Positions 23,771 through 38,500 of a DNA stretch of 64,000 nt are shown piece by piece. Origin of the DNA: Octopus vulgaris (taxonomy: Eukaryota); contig OX597830.1 of the NCBI GenBank assembly GCA_951406725.2, positions 43,710,001-43,774,000 on the forward strand, given 5' to 3'. How positions within the stretch are numbered: the stretch's first letter is position 1; each line of letters begins with the position of its first letter. The position numbers were made by a program, and so were the translations under genes. Under the pieces are notes generated by a model that had not been told where the DNA came from, ran no database searches, and saw only the letters and a list, made by a program, of their open reading frames with translations.

Positions 23771-26700
23771 GTATGTGTGAGTGTGTACATGTGCATGTGT
23801 GTGAAATGTATAACTCCTGCATGTACATACAGATTTGTGTGTTGTGTAAGTCTGATGACTAATTTTTGTGGGAAATAATTTGGGCAGACATCAGAGATAA
23901 GTAGCAAACGCAAGTTGGAATTTCTCTGTTTTGATGTGGATTTTTTAGATTTTTTTTCACAGTGCCTTTGGAAATGATCTGGAACACCTTTTTAACAAAA
24001 AAAATCTTTTGAAAATTTTTTATTTTATAACTCCCCTCCACACGCCCCCACCCTGGACCGATTTTGGCCAATTTTGTGGCACTATGAACTTAAAAACTAT
24101 AGGTGATGCCTATTTTGAAAAAAAAAAAAAGTAAATATTTTCAGAATAAGTACTAGGCTTACAAAGAATAAACCCTGGGATAGATTTGCTTCACTAAAGG
24201 CATGGCCACAGTCAAATGACTGAAACAAGTAAAAGAATATGTGCAATATAATGTGTGTGTGTGTGTGTGTGAGTACAATATGTGGTCGCAGGTCTAACTG
24301 GGTAGATAAGGAGTTCATTTAATAATTATAACATGCCAAACATAATTTCGAGTCAATGAGAGTTTTGTGCATGGAATCAATGAGACAAAAAAAACTCTGT
24401 GAGAGTCCATCCATTGAACCAACTCTTTAGTTTGTATTGTCATGGTGATTCAGTTGTGGAATTACTCGAGGGGTACACATGTGTGGAATATTCAGCCAAT
24501 TTATTTAAAGAAGTAGGGAGTGAAACTATTGAATGCTTACCGTAAAAGCTGACAGAGGGTGAGGGGTGGGGGAATCTGTCAGCACACCAAACTCACCGTC
24601 CCATAACAAATCTTCCATTCTTGACCAAAACGAAATATCAAATTAATGAATAATAATTTTCAAAAGAAAACCGTTTTATTACCTTAAGGGAGTGGCACTG
24701 TGTTAACAAGCTTGCTTCTCAACTAAATGGTTCTAAGTTCAGTCCCACCTTGGGCAAATATCTTCTATGGCCTCAGACTGACCAAAGCCTTCATCATTAT
24801 CATCATCACCATCTTTCAATATCCGTTGTCCATGCTCGCATTGGTTGGACAGTTTGACCAGGGCTGGTAAGCCGAGGGGTTGCACCAGACTCCAGTCTGA
24901 CTTAGCATGGTTTCTACAGCTGGATGCCCTTCCTAACACCAACCACTCCAAGAGTGTAATGTGTGCTGTTACGTGCCACCTGCACAGGTGCCAGTTGCAT
25001 GGCACCAGTATCTACCATGACTACAATTTCAGTTGGCTTGATAGGATCTTCTCAAGCACAGCATTTTGCCAAAGGTCTCAGTCATTGGTCATTGGCTCCA
25101 TGAGGCCCAATTTTCGAAAGGTGCTTTTTACATGCCACTGGCACAGGTGCCACTCATGCCACACTAGCTTCAGCCACATTGCCTCCATGAAGCCCAACAC
25201 TTGACAGGTGCTCCTTACATGCCACCGGCATGGGTACCAGTTGCTTCCATGAGGCCCAACACTCAAAAGGTGCTTATTACATGCCAGCTGTGCACCATGG
25301 GCATCGGTCACATTGCCTCCATGAGTCTATGGAAACTGAAAGAAGCCTGTTATATGTCTCTGTGTTTGTCCTCCCACCACCACCACCACTTGACAACCAG
25401 TGTTTGTGTGTTTATCTTCCTGTAACATAGTAGTTTGACAAAAGATACTGACAGAATAAGTGCCAAGCTTTACAAACATAAATAAGTACTGCGGTCAATT
25501 CGTTCAAGTAAAATTCTTCAAGGGGGTCCCCCAGCATCACTGCAGTCTAATGACGAACTAGGAAAGGATAAAAGATTAAAGGAAAATTAATCAAACAAAT
25601 CTCTCATTTGCATAAATATTCTGCCATTTACCACCTCGTCTCCTCCTCAATCTCTGATTCTTTCTCCCTTACTCTGTGTTGAAAGGGATTGCTGAAAAGT
25701 TCCTGGTTTTAGGTAGAAGAAAATACAGGAGGATCAGTTAATTATGAGTTTATTCAACATATTTCTCTCAGATTCACTCACTCATTGCAATGGTCCTTCA
25801 GTTGTTCTAAGCCCTGTAAAAGAACTCAGAAGGTTGGGTCTCCGACCAGGCCTTTCCTGATACCCTTAAATCCAGGAACTTTTCAGCACCCGCTTCATAT
25901 AGTGCTCCTTTATTCATTGCATGCCACTTAGCTTTGTATGTGCACCCATCCTGTGCCTTTCATGTTAACTGTCTTTTACTCTCTCTTCTTTTCTCTCAGC
26001 CAAGCCTGACGGAAGAAACTGACTAACCAACCAATCAACCAACATTTACATCAGTCAACACATTGTTGATTATCTAAAATGAAAAATTATTAGTTATTAA
26101 AGCTACATACAGTCTGTGTAAGATGGCCATTGTAGCCTTGTATTGGAAAACTTAAATGAATGTAACTGTTGTTGATAATTTGTATCACAATTGCAGGGAT
26201 GTAAAAGAAAAAGTTCTGCTTTCCATACTCATCATCATCATCATCATTTAATGTCCGTTTTCCATGCTGGCATGGGTTAGACGGTTCAACTGGGGTCTGG
26301 GGCGCCAGGTGGCTGCACCAGGCCCCAATCTGATCTGACAGTGTTTCTACAGCTGGATGCCCTTTCTAACGCCAACCGCTCCAAGAGTATAGTGGGTTCT
26401 TTTTGTGTGCCACCAGCACAGGGGCCAGAGGAGCTGGCATTGACCACAATTGGATGGTGCTTTTTACATGCCACCAGCATGGAAGCCAGTCAAAGTGGCA
26501 CTGGCATCAGCCACGTTCAGATGGTGCTTTTTACATGCTACCAGCATGGGGGTCACAACTACAATTTCCATTTGATTTGATATTGCTGTTGATGTACTTG
26601 ACTTGATAGGTCTCCTCATGCACGGCATGTCACCCTATGATCCAAGGTACTTTTTGAGTGGACTGGTTATACTAGAATATAAAATACATATATTTTTTGC

Positions 26701-29700
26701 AGCAAGATTAAATATGTATTTAGCAATTAATGTTAATCATCATTAACATTAATTAACACTTTAGCATTCAGATTATTCCATCAAATGTAATGCTTGTTTT
26801 GAATTAATCATTCATTATCTTGTAGCATCAATATTTTGATGTTATAGGGTTGGTGTGAGAGGCCAGGTCTAGCCAGTTTATACACACAACAGATTGAATT
26901 TATGGGCCAAGTGTGGCCTTATCAAATGATATTCTATACATGCAGACACTTCAGTGGACAGTAATCTAGCCAGGATGTCCTGGTCCTGGTGAGTTTCTTC
27001 AATTTCCCCCTCAGATACATTAGATTTTCAATTCTGAACAAAGGGGAAATTTCAAGATTCAACAAAGGGGAATTTAGAGATTCCTGTGGGCGAAATTGAT
27101 TTTTGATTAAAAGTTATTTTCATTATTTACTGAATTTGCATGATTCAATTTCTTCAATGTCTGTCTTTTGTGCTGTTATAGGTTGGACAGCTCGACAAGA
27201 GCTGGCAAACTGGAGGGCTATACTAGGCTCCAGTCGACTGTTTTGGTTGGGTTTCTATGGCTGTATAGAAACAACTTAATGCCAACCACTTCAAAGAATG
27301 TAGTGGCTGTTTCATTATGTGATGCCAGCATACTAATGCTAAGACTGCCGTACAATAAATTGTGTTGTATAAAGGCTCTTTTGTTTGTTTGTTTTTTTTA
27401 CATTTTATTTTACTTATGTGTGAATTGAAATCAGATTGGTGAAATTGTATCGAGGAGAATACAGCCAAAAATGTTAAGAAACACCTGTAGATGTATGTGT
27501 TCTTTTCACTTGTCGATGAGCTTCCACCATAGACTCTGGGGAAAGCCAATCCATTTTAAATTTCACTCTCAGATGGTTTTAAACGACATGCAGCAAGCTA
27601 GTGAATAGTTTGTAATGTTTGATGCTTATCTACTTCTTATTCAGTGGAATGACTGAAAGCATTCTAATTATGACCCTCCTGTCTAATTTTAAAGTATAGC
27701 ATACCCAGAACTACATTATCCAATGTGTTCTTCCATTTTTAAGGCAGTGTGATGTGGTTTGAGCTGCAATTTGACTGTTATTTCTAGTAAATCAAAATTG
27801 TAGAGTAAATTATGTAGGGACCAGTGGCAGCTTGTTGATAAAATTAGTGGAGTGGGGTGCTGCTTCAGAAAATTTCTAGCCATTGTTTTAATATTGTGTA
27901 AAAGGAAACAAACATATAAAAAGAAAATTTATACATAAACTTGCCACTGCCGGGTAATGTATTTAATTTGTTCACTGAACACCACTGTGAATTCCCCCTT
28001 GTTTTCAAAAATCCCTCCTAAATCACGAAATAAGCTGGGGAAATGTGCCCTATTTTTCAAATCCTAGCTGCAACACTGCAGTCTGAAGCAGGATAATAAT
28101 CTAATTCTACACTTTATCACATTCAAGAATATAAACACGTTTCTCAGCACAACACATGCAGAGTCAAAAAGAAACACCTGGCACTGTCATTCATGTAGTG
28201 CTCTCTGTCCCTAGTGTGAAGCTTCCTATCTAGAACATGTGAGCGTGCACACAACAGCCAAACACTGCGTCACTGGAATTGTGAAGTGCATAGCTCTATA
28301 CAAGGATTTTTGTATTTCTTTTCATAAACTAGGGAATGGCTACTGGCATTAAGCTTAAGGATTATATAATGTACAAGTATAAAGAAAGCATTAAAGAAAA
28401 AAGGACTCGTCATATTGAGCGTTATCGATAATATTGAGTGGAAATGGAGGGGGGGGAGGCTGCAGTTCCTATATAGGACCCACGACTGGTAAGGACGAAA
28501 CAGCAGACAATATTTAAAAAGATACCAAATATTCAAGAGAGATAATCATCACTTTTGGTGAGGATGGTGATTTTTTTTTTTTAATTGCTTCCCTTTGTTT
28601 ATTTTCTCTTTTCACATTTTACTTCTATATATTGCTTTTTAAACTTTTTGAAATCTAACTTAATTTAATTTTTTTTTTTTTTGTAGTGTATGTCGTTGAC
28701 CGACTACCTGTCTATTTTCCATTTCACTAACACCAATAAATTGACTTCAGAACAGTTTATCAGTCTATGCCCAGCTTTCCTTCAGCAGCTTGATAGCAAA
28801 GCCTGTAACCATCATAACGATAGTGAACACAATCATCAACATAATCATGATGACCATAATCATGAACACACGGGACACATGGACGCTAGTCATGAACACA
28901 ACACTACATGTCCAACACGAACTGTTTCCAATATACCTTATGAAGGTAGTACCCTTTCGCATATTATTTCAATATTTGATACGATTAGTGACACATTGAT
29001 TATTTTCATACATGTTATTGTTTTAACTTTTGTTTTGTTTTATTTCAGTCTGGCTGTGGAGTTTCTTAGCAGTACTTGGTATCAGCTCTGTTGGGTTATT
29101 TGGTGTTTGTTTAATTCCATTTATGCAGAGAGTGTTTTATAACCATCTGCTTCAGTGGTTAGTAGCAGTCGCTATTGGAGCACTCTCCGGTGATGCACTT
29201 CTTCACCTACTACCTCATGTATGTATAATTCTAGTCTCTCATTGTTATTTGTCATTTTAATTGTTTCTAACATGTTAGAGAAAAATCAAGATTTAATGTT
29301 TTCAAAATTTTTCTCTTAGGTTAGTTTTTAATAGCTACAGCTTATCTTGAAGCAAATCTAAATTGTCCAGGGAAATTTATCTTTACCATACAAACATAAA
29401 ATGTATATGAAGTGATCATGAACTGCTCTTGGGACAATAATTCTTGTAAATATATATTGCAGCCTTCTGGTTTCCCAGATCCCCGGTCGAACAGTCCAAT
29501 CCATGCTAGCATGGAGAACGGACGTTAAACGATGATGATGATGAAATGTATGCATTTGTGTGCAGATCATGAAGTACCATCAGCATTGTTTTATTTACTG
29601 ATTTTTGAATTATTCTAATCTTTTTTTTTTTATCCTGTTAGAGTGGGGTATTTATGACAACCGTTTTGCATGGTCTGAAGATAGTGATTAAATTTTTATA

Positions 29701-30971
29701 TGCTTCATGCTAAAAGACAAGGCATAGCTTTCCTTTTACAAGAAATCTTGTCATTTTTAGCAAGCAATAAGCATACTTTTAGGCTTTTTAAACAGCCTTA
29801 CGGTGAAAATGCTACAGTGTCAGGTAATCAACTGATGATGACAACATTTATGAAAAGCAATGATCAGTTCTTCTTGAGAAGAACCTATTCAGATATGAAC
29901 ATTCAAATTTAAAAGGCTTTGGTGTAGGGGCCACGTAAAAAGCACTCTGTAAAATGATTGGCATTATGAAGGGCATCCAGTTGTAGAAATCAAACCAAAA
30001 CAGACAATGGAACCTGGTGTGCCTCCTGACCTTGCCAGTTCCTCTCAAGCCATCCAACCCATGCCAGTATGGAACATAGACATTAGATGATGATGAACTT
30101 TGTATTTTCATCCATCCCATAACCATTTAATTACCTGTTGATGACAGTTCCTGGAGGTTTGGCTTAACTGTTCACTTTTCACATCGTAATTAAAGCATAG
30201 TATGTCAAAGAAAGAAAATTTGTCACTCCCTTCACTCTTTTGTGTTGATGTAAGAAGACTGCCCTCTACTTTCATGCCAAATCTCTGTTTATAAACATAT
30301 TAGAAATAAAACTAACAAGGGAAGTTTAGAGGCTTGGTGGGCATTGTGTGTTTTATTTATGTCCATTTGTTCTCATTATCATTTTATGTTCATACTCGTG
30401 ATAATTTACATTTTCTTTAAAACTCTATTCAGGCTTTCGTAAATAACCATGATCATAGTCAGTGTGACGACTCTCATTCTGTTCCTCATGATAGAAGTTC
30501 CATTTTAAAAGGAATGGTTGGATTGCTTGGAATTGTTGTTTTTTTCATTATGGAAAGAGTTATGACAATTGTTACATTAATGCGTACTGAAAAAAGAAAT
30601 AAGGTAAATTTGTCCTCGTTTCTCATTTCTGTGTATATACAAATCTATATGTCTGCAAAAAACTTCACTTTCTTGGCATTTTCCTGTTAGTTTGTGTAGT
30701 ATGTCTATTATCACATCTTTTTATTTTCTATACATCTACACTATCCATTGCGACACTTGATACAGTGTAAGATGCTGGTGTAAAGATTGGCTGTCTATTA
30801 TCACATCTTTTTATTTTCTATACATCTACACTATCCATTGCGACACTTGATACAGTGTAAGATGCTGGTGTAAAGATTGGCTAAGGGGAGTGGGGTGGGA
30901 GAAATAGCTGGCAGTGTTTTAGCTATTTATATATATGTATGTGTGTGTGTGTGTGTATATATGTGTGTGTA

Positions 30972-31015
<44 letters not shown>

Positions 31016-31374
31016 TGTGTGTGTGTGTGTATGAGAGTGTTGGCCCTCATAGAGGCAAAGTGGCTGAGTTCCTTTCAAGTGTTGGGCCTCTTGGAGTCAA
31101 TGACCAATGGCATTGTCATGCTTGAGAAGAAGACCCATCAAGCCAGGCAAAATCACAGTCGTGTCAGGTACCGGTGTCACACAAATTGGCACCCATGCCA
31201 GTGTTACGTAAAAGCATCCATTATTACACTCTGAGCGGTTGGTGTTAGGAAGGGCATCCAGCCGTAGAAAACCATGCCAAATCAGACTGGAGTCTGGTGC
31301 AGGCTTCTGCCTGGCTAACTCCTGTCAAACGGTTCCACTCATGCCAGCATGGAAGGCAGATGTTAAACAATGAT

Positions 31375-31415
<41 letters not shown>

Positions 31416-34400
31416 GGTGGCCCAAAAGTAGGTTTACATTTATCGCGTAGGCACTTTAAATTTCTTTTAAAACATTTTATTACATTTAAATTTCTATCTT
31501 GCAAACTGAAAAGGGAGGTTAACAATATTAACTAAATTAGCATAGAATAATGGTTTCATATTTTTTTTTATAATCAAGACCTAAATTGTTAATATATGTA
31601 TGCGAAAAAGACAGTTGAATAACTGTATACCTACTTTTGGGCTACCCTATATATATATATATATGTATATATCCACATGCACACACACACAAACTAACAT
31701 TAGCATTATGTTTTTTGAATATCTATTAAATTGTTTGTTCTCTTAATTTATTTTTTGTGGAACATTTGACTGTAACCATTTGCTTTGCATTTGTCACCAT
31801 TTCAGCAACAGAATATTTTACAAGATGAAGTTGGTAGCCTCTATGGTGAACTGTCAGCGTGTAGTGGGCTTGTTCTCTACTTCTGTTCACCTAATTTGAG
31901 GATGAAAATGCATATCTCTGAAAATCATATGCAATGATCATACTAGTTCCGTAGATACCTTTAAGTGTTTAATACCAAGGCAGGCAGCAAGCTGGCAGAA
32001 ATGTTAGCACGCCGGGTGAAATACTTAGTGGTATTTCGTTTGTCTTTACATTCTGAGTTCAATTCCATCGAGGTCGACTTTGCCTTTCATCCTTTTGGGG
32101 GTCAATAAATTAAGTACCAGTTGCGTACTGGGGTCAATCTAATCAACTGGCCCCTTCCCTCAAAATTTCGGGCCTTGTGCCTAGAGTAGAAACAAATACC
32201 ATGGAAACAGAGCCTGGGGTATTGCCTTTTAGGAACCCATAAGAACTTTAGTGGTTTTGATTAAAGAATTTTTAAAGTAGAAAATCAAAGTATAAAATCA
32301 AATAAATCAATAAATAATATGAATTGTTTTACTTTCAGAAGAAGAAGCGAAACTGCTCCCATGTTTCAACTATTTCAGAAGGAGACTCTAGTATTGGAAA
32401 CAAATTAAGCTCTCATCGTAGCCGCAGTTCACACTATCAATCTTGTGAAGATGTTGTTATGATGGTACACCCTAACAGAGGTATGTGTGCTCTTTTACAG
32501 TTGTAAATTGTATTATGTAATGATTGCTTTCTGAAGCCTTTCAACACCAACCTGCCCATAACTACCTCTATTAGAAGTGTTCAAATTTTGAAATCTTGGA
32601 CTAACATCATGTTACATGAAAAATGTTGGATTTCATTATGTAAATATTTGTCTTTCATTATGTTGTATGTTAGTTATTTCCTTAAGCTTTTCATAATTCT
32701 TATTTATCATTAATAAAATTAAAATACAAAGGCATTATGTAAGTTTGTTAGAAATATGGTCACAAAAATATCAAGTATAAGGCCAATTTTGATTGCAAAC
32801 AGAAGACATCCTAGAAATTCTTCAGGTACTTATTGGCTAGTGAAGGAGAGTCTGTATAGTCATTCTCTGCTACTTAATGTAAAAGACCAACTTTATTTTG
32901 GCAAAATACTGCCATCTTTAAAATGGAGACCATCTACTTTTAGCTGCAGATTTTCAGGTAACATATATTTACTGTCATTTTCAGATAGTCACACCTGGAA
33001 CTTACATGACATGCTGCTTGTTTAAGCTTAAAAGGTATCTTCATACGCTCAGGTATTTGCCACATGTTTACGCAGCATACGGCAAACACCTGAACAGAAA
33101 GACTCAACAACTAACAAATACATTTTATTGGTTTTGGAAGAATAAAAAAAGCTAAGTTGAACTTGCCAAGGTTCTATACTAAAGGTGCTTAGCCATATGT
33201 GTTGACTGAGCAATACTAAATAATGATGTATTATTTAGCAACATTTTTATGAACCACTTCCCTTAAAATAAATGCTTTTTTAAGAAAAATAATAATGAGG
33301 ACAAACCTTTTGTAACAAAAGACTATTGATTTACTATAGTTTGTATGGAACTGTCTTGTAAACATCTGGTCGTGAATGGTTGAGAAATGCTTTTGTTTAG
33401 ATTTCAAAGTATACAAAAGCTTTTTGAAATTATTTTCTAAATGATGTTTTTACGAAGCTTTCTTGCAAAAGTATTTTTTCATGGAATCTTGAACCTGTCT
33501 CTGTTATAGTTTTCTTTCCAACCTTGTCTGAAACGACAGTTTATATAACATGTTAGCTAATATTTTATAACCTCAACATAATTCAGTGATTCTGTTTCAC
33601 AATGGCATTGATTTGGCTTAAAGAAAGTCACTTGATTAATTTTAAAATAACCTGATTATTTTACCTCAGTTAAAAATATTTTTTTTTTGTTAACTCTGTC
33701 TACATTTATATTTTCTTTCATTAAACAAAAACCATTTCAAGCTCTAAGAAAATCTGTTGGACAAAATATGTTGTAGTCTGTTGATTTATTTTTCTCTCTC
33801 TTTTCCTTTATTTGCAGCATTAAAAGACTTGGCTGAAGATAGCCATGCTGATATGATAGAATGTAACCAACAGCAGGTTCAGCAGTCAGATGAAGAGCAC
33901 ACAACAATGATGTCCCCATCACATGGTCCGAATAACCAAAATACCTCTAGTTTTTACCAGCAACATGGTCATTCTCATGTCCCCTGCATTGATGCAGATG
34001 GCCACAATATTCCTGCAATGGCTTGGATTGTTGTTATTGGTGACGGTATCCATAACTTGTGTGACGGTCTAGCAATTGGGGCCGCTTTTGGTTTCAGTAC
34101 AACAGTAGGATGCAGCACGGCCATAGCTGTACTTTGTCATGAACTACCTCATGAAATAGGTTTGTACCAATTCTGGTTTTGATATATTTGCACACAAATA
34201 TTTAATGTGTTAGTCTTACAACTATTCTGGATCATCCATTGTTTTCAGGTACAAAACGAAACAGTTTTTGATGTGTTTCTTTTCTAATATGCAATGGCAA
34301 TTTCTTTCCATTTGTTCCTACAGTACTTTTACCTAGAGTTTTGTAAACCTCTGTGCTGCTAGGACTTTTCCTTTTCCATTATTTCTTGACTACTGAACAT

Positions 34401-35508
34401 TTACTGTTCAAGCATTTAAGCTATTACGATATTGAAATAATGAAAATACCCGAAAGATAAGATTATCTTATTAATGTAGTGTCACTTTTAAGTTAAGAAA
34501 TCTAAGTTTAATTATTTTTGATTCACTGAGACTTCATTTTACTAGGTTGTTTGAATGCCTGCTTTGTAGAAAGAAAAAAACCCCAGATATTACATATTGG
34601 TGGGTCTCGTTTAATAAAATGTACTTTAAAATGACAGGCAGGTTTTCCCAAGACCCAAGAAAACTAATGGAGTTTTCATTTTCATATACTATAGCTAGAC
34701 GAAGTCAAATACAAAGATTCCATTTCTCTTTAAATTGTAGCCATGAGGGTATTTAAGCTCAGTAGTGTAGGCTGACAAACTGTGTCGATTATATATGCAA
34801 ATTTCTTTTTATCATCATACTGTACTCTCTTATTGCATCTATTTACATATGGACTAGTAATCTACCTTCAGCTCAGCCATTTGAATTTTTTGAAAATTTA
34901 TAAGTTTGTTATATCTTAGTGATGGAAATTAACTTTAAAAAACCTTCACTTAGTAAACAAAATGAAATTGTTTGTAAAGAAACTTTCCTTATCTCACAGA
35001 AATCTGGATCTTTTCCTTTTGAACGGCATATGTCAACACAATTTCTAGTTAACTAAACACTTTTAAACTTCATATACTGGTAGAATGTGTTTATAAAACA
35101 TCACTTTTTCTTGACTTTATTGAGAAAATTCTATAGTTTGTAAGATATTTCCACTTTAGTTAACTAGAAATTGTGTTGAAAACTGCCGTTCAAAAGGAAA
35201 AGATCCAGAAATCTTGCTACTTGTCTTTACTAATGTAGTTCTTGTTAAAAATAATAAGAATTATTTTGACCTCCTTTCAGAAATATTGCTTTTACTTCAA
35301 ACATTGCTCCCATTTTTTTCTTGTTTCATTTTGCTTTCTTTCAGTTATTCTTTTTTATTTCTACTCACAATCCTTTATTAGTTTCTTTTACTCACATATT
35401 TCATTGTTCTTTCTTTTCCACTATGTTTTGTGTGCATATTTTCCTTTAGTTCTTCTGCCTCCATTCTTTCTGTTTATTTTCCAATGTCTTCCTAACCACT
35501 CTGCTATC

Positions 35509-35559
<51 letters not shown>

Positions 35560-38500
35560 CTTTCGTTCCATCTCCTCTTTCATATTCTATCTCTTCTCTC
35601 TGTCTTTATGATCTTTCTGAATTTGGCTGTCTACAAACATGACTGCCAGTCTTAGCTACTGGCTCCCACTTGTCTGTTTGGCTATCTTATCTGCCACACT
35701 CTATAATACTTGATTCTCCTAACATCACAGAAAGAGGGACATCAACCAGTAAAAAGTATGATGTGTATGTTGTCTCTCTAGTAAAGAACGAGGACTTTAT
35801 CCTCATTCTTTCATATAAGGACGGGACAACAAAGTTGAAGGTGGTGGTGATGTTGCCAGGAAAAAACATCTGGTGGAAGTAAGTCCCCTATCCTGGAGCA
35901 GTAGATAAGTTACAGCAGGAGAACTGATCAGGGATACTAAGAGAAATCCTAAACCAAGTGAGTCAGGAAAGGTGTGGAAGTAGCCATGATTTGATCAAGC
36001 TATTTGTAGATGTGTCGGTTTGTGGTACCTCTGATGTGCTGCCAACCATCTAAGGGCCTTCTGCTCAGAAACAACTGCTCTGATCCCAACTACATCAAGT
36101 ACAATAACAACAACAACACCGGCAACTATAATACTAATAAATACAGCAGAAGTAACAGAAACCTTTGAAACAACAACAGAACTGACCATCACAGCCAAAA
36201 GAAGCTGCCCACCATTGGCGCCACTTGAAGAATCCATCTTGCAATTCTTTCCTGTGATATTCTAATCATGTCTGTCATACCAAAGCCGTAACCTCTCAAT
36301 ATGGAGAAGTAACAGCTCAGTCTGAAAGGGTTCCTGATCTCCAGGCTGTGAACCCCTATGAAATAAATGTTGCTCCAGAGATCTTTTGCAGGCACCCCAT
36401 TTTGTCCGCTCGTATTTGCATTTGTACTCTTTGACCTGAATAATAATAATAATAATATCAGAAAATACTTAAGGAATGAGAAGCCCAGGTTCAGAATTTC
36501 ACCAAGACACTTGAAGGCTGGAGGGTATATCACCTGAAACGTTGTGTTAACAACAAACAAAATGAGGCCAAATATTATGTAATTTATTAAACTTAATGCT
36601 GTTTACTGTTTTGCAGGAGATTTTGCAGTATTACTGAGGGCTGGCATGAGTCTTCGTAAAGCCATAACCTACAACATTATTTCTTCTGTGCTCTGCCTTT
36701 TTGGAATGATAATTGGAGTGTTACTTGGTAATATAAATTCAGTCACAGTTTGGATTTTTGCAGCTGTTGGAGGCATGTTTCTTTATATTGCTTTAGTTGA
36801 CATGGTAAGTACATTATTTGAAGTTCATTTCAATATTTTATTTCAACCATTGTATTTACTCTCTTATGTAGGGTGAGAAACTATATTAGATTAGAACACA
36901 AATGGTTGATTTGATGCATTGCTGGACAATGATCTGAGAAGCTACAAGTTCACATTTTCCTCAATTGTATCATAGCTATGAACAGCAGATTTAACCCTTC
37001 AGCACTTAAAAATTGTTTCTCTATTATATATTTTAACCCTTTTCTTACCATATTTCTGTTGAGATGATCTGTGTTTCTTTCAATTAATTTTAAATACAAC
37101 GAAGAATTTAGTAAAATAATTTGGTTATCATTAAGCTAGTGTTAGGAACATAAATTGTGACTAAGGTTTGGTGGAAGATTTTAATTCAAAACTTATGAAA
37201 ACAAGATATTTGTACTCAGAGCCAGTTTCAGCTGGGTTGGTAATGAAAGGGTTAAACTGGGCATATCAAGCCCAAATAGTCTACTTGTTTTATGTTCAAA
37301 CTGGCTAAATCCAGCCTCTCACTCCTACTTTGCAATGTCATTCTAAAAGAAATCTGAAACCTGTTAGATAATGCAGGATTAATTTGAATCAATGAGAATA
37401 AATAAGAATTACATATGACTATAATGTGATTGCTAAACTGTTAAATCTTAATGGCTGAGTTCACCTAGTTTTATATTTGCAGTGTAATATCATTCACTGT
37501 TGTAAATTGCAACATCATTATACATTTACAAGTATTCCATTGGCTTTCATTGGCTGTATTTAGTTTATCCTTGGCTAGATCTTTTTTTTCCTTATCACCA
37601 TCATCATTGTTTAACATCCGTTTTTCATGCTAGCATAGGTTTGACAGTTTGACTTGAGACTGGCAAGCCAGGAGGCCACACCAGGCTCCAATCTGATCTG
37701 GCAAGGTTTCTACAGCTGGAAGCCCTTCCTAACGCCAACCACACCAAGAATGTAGTGGGTGTTTTTTATGTGCCACCAGCATGTGAGCAAGTCAGGTGGT
37801 ACTGACATCAGCCATGTTCGGATGGTGCTTTTTACGTGTCACTGGCACAGGAGCCACTTGGAGCAGAGGGACTGGCATCAACCACATTCGGATGGTGCTT
37901 TTTACGTCACCAGCACGGGGAGCCAGTCAGGTAACTCTGGCAGCGTCCCATGAATGAATGATGCTTATTGCGTACCACCAGCACTAGTAATGGCCACATC
38001 TGTTTCATATTTCAGAACCCCAGTCCTATTGATCTTTCATCATTTTGAAAAAGATTAGCTTACATTAGAGCTGCATCAGCAAAAGCCCCTCTCAGTTGTG
38101 ATTTGCTGTTGTTTAACATTAGGTCAACTCTGATCAAGCAGCACCCGTGATCCTGCGTCTCGGGAACCAGTAGCTTTCTACTGCCACTCCAGCTTCATGA
38201 TGGAGAGCAGGGGATCAGCTAGATTTTCTTCATACTCTACATGGTTTGTGGAATGAGTATGTTGTAATGCTAATGAATACCTCTCCATCATCATCATCAT
38301 CATTTAAAGTCTGTTTTCCATGCTGGTATGGGTTGGACTGTTTGACCAGAGCTGGCAAGCTAGAGAACTCCACCAGGCTCAATTTGTCTGTTTGACCATG
38401 GATTCTTTGACCAGATGTCCTTCCTAATGCTAACCATTTTGCAGAATGTACCAGCAGCTTTTTAAGTGACACCAGCCTAATTAGTATGGTGCTTAGGGTT

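Noticed and set aside
24960-25325. Four ~70-bp repeat units with short palindromes
   Set aside because: Internal tandem expansion of SINE family D, also seen at 26400-26550 and 37760-37990; not an independent system
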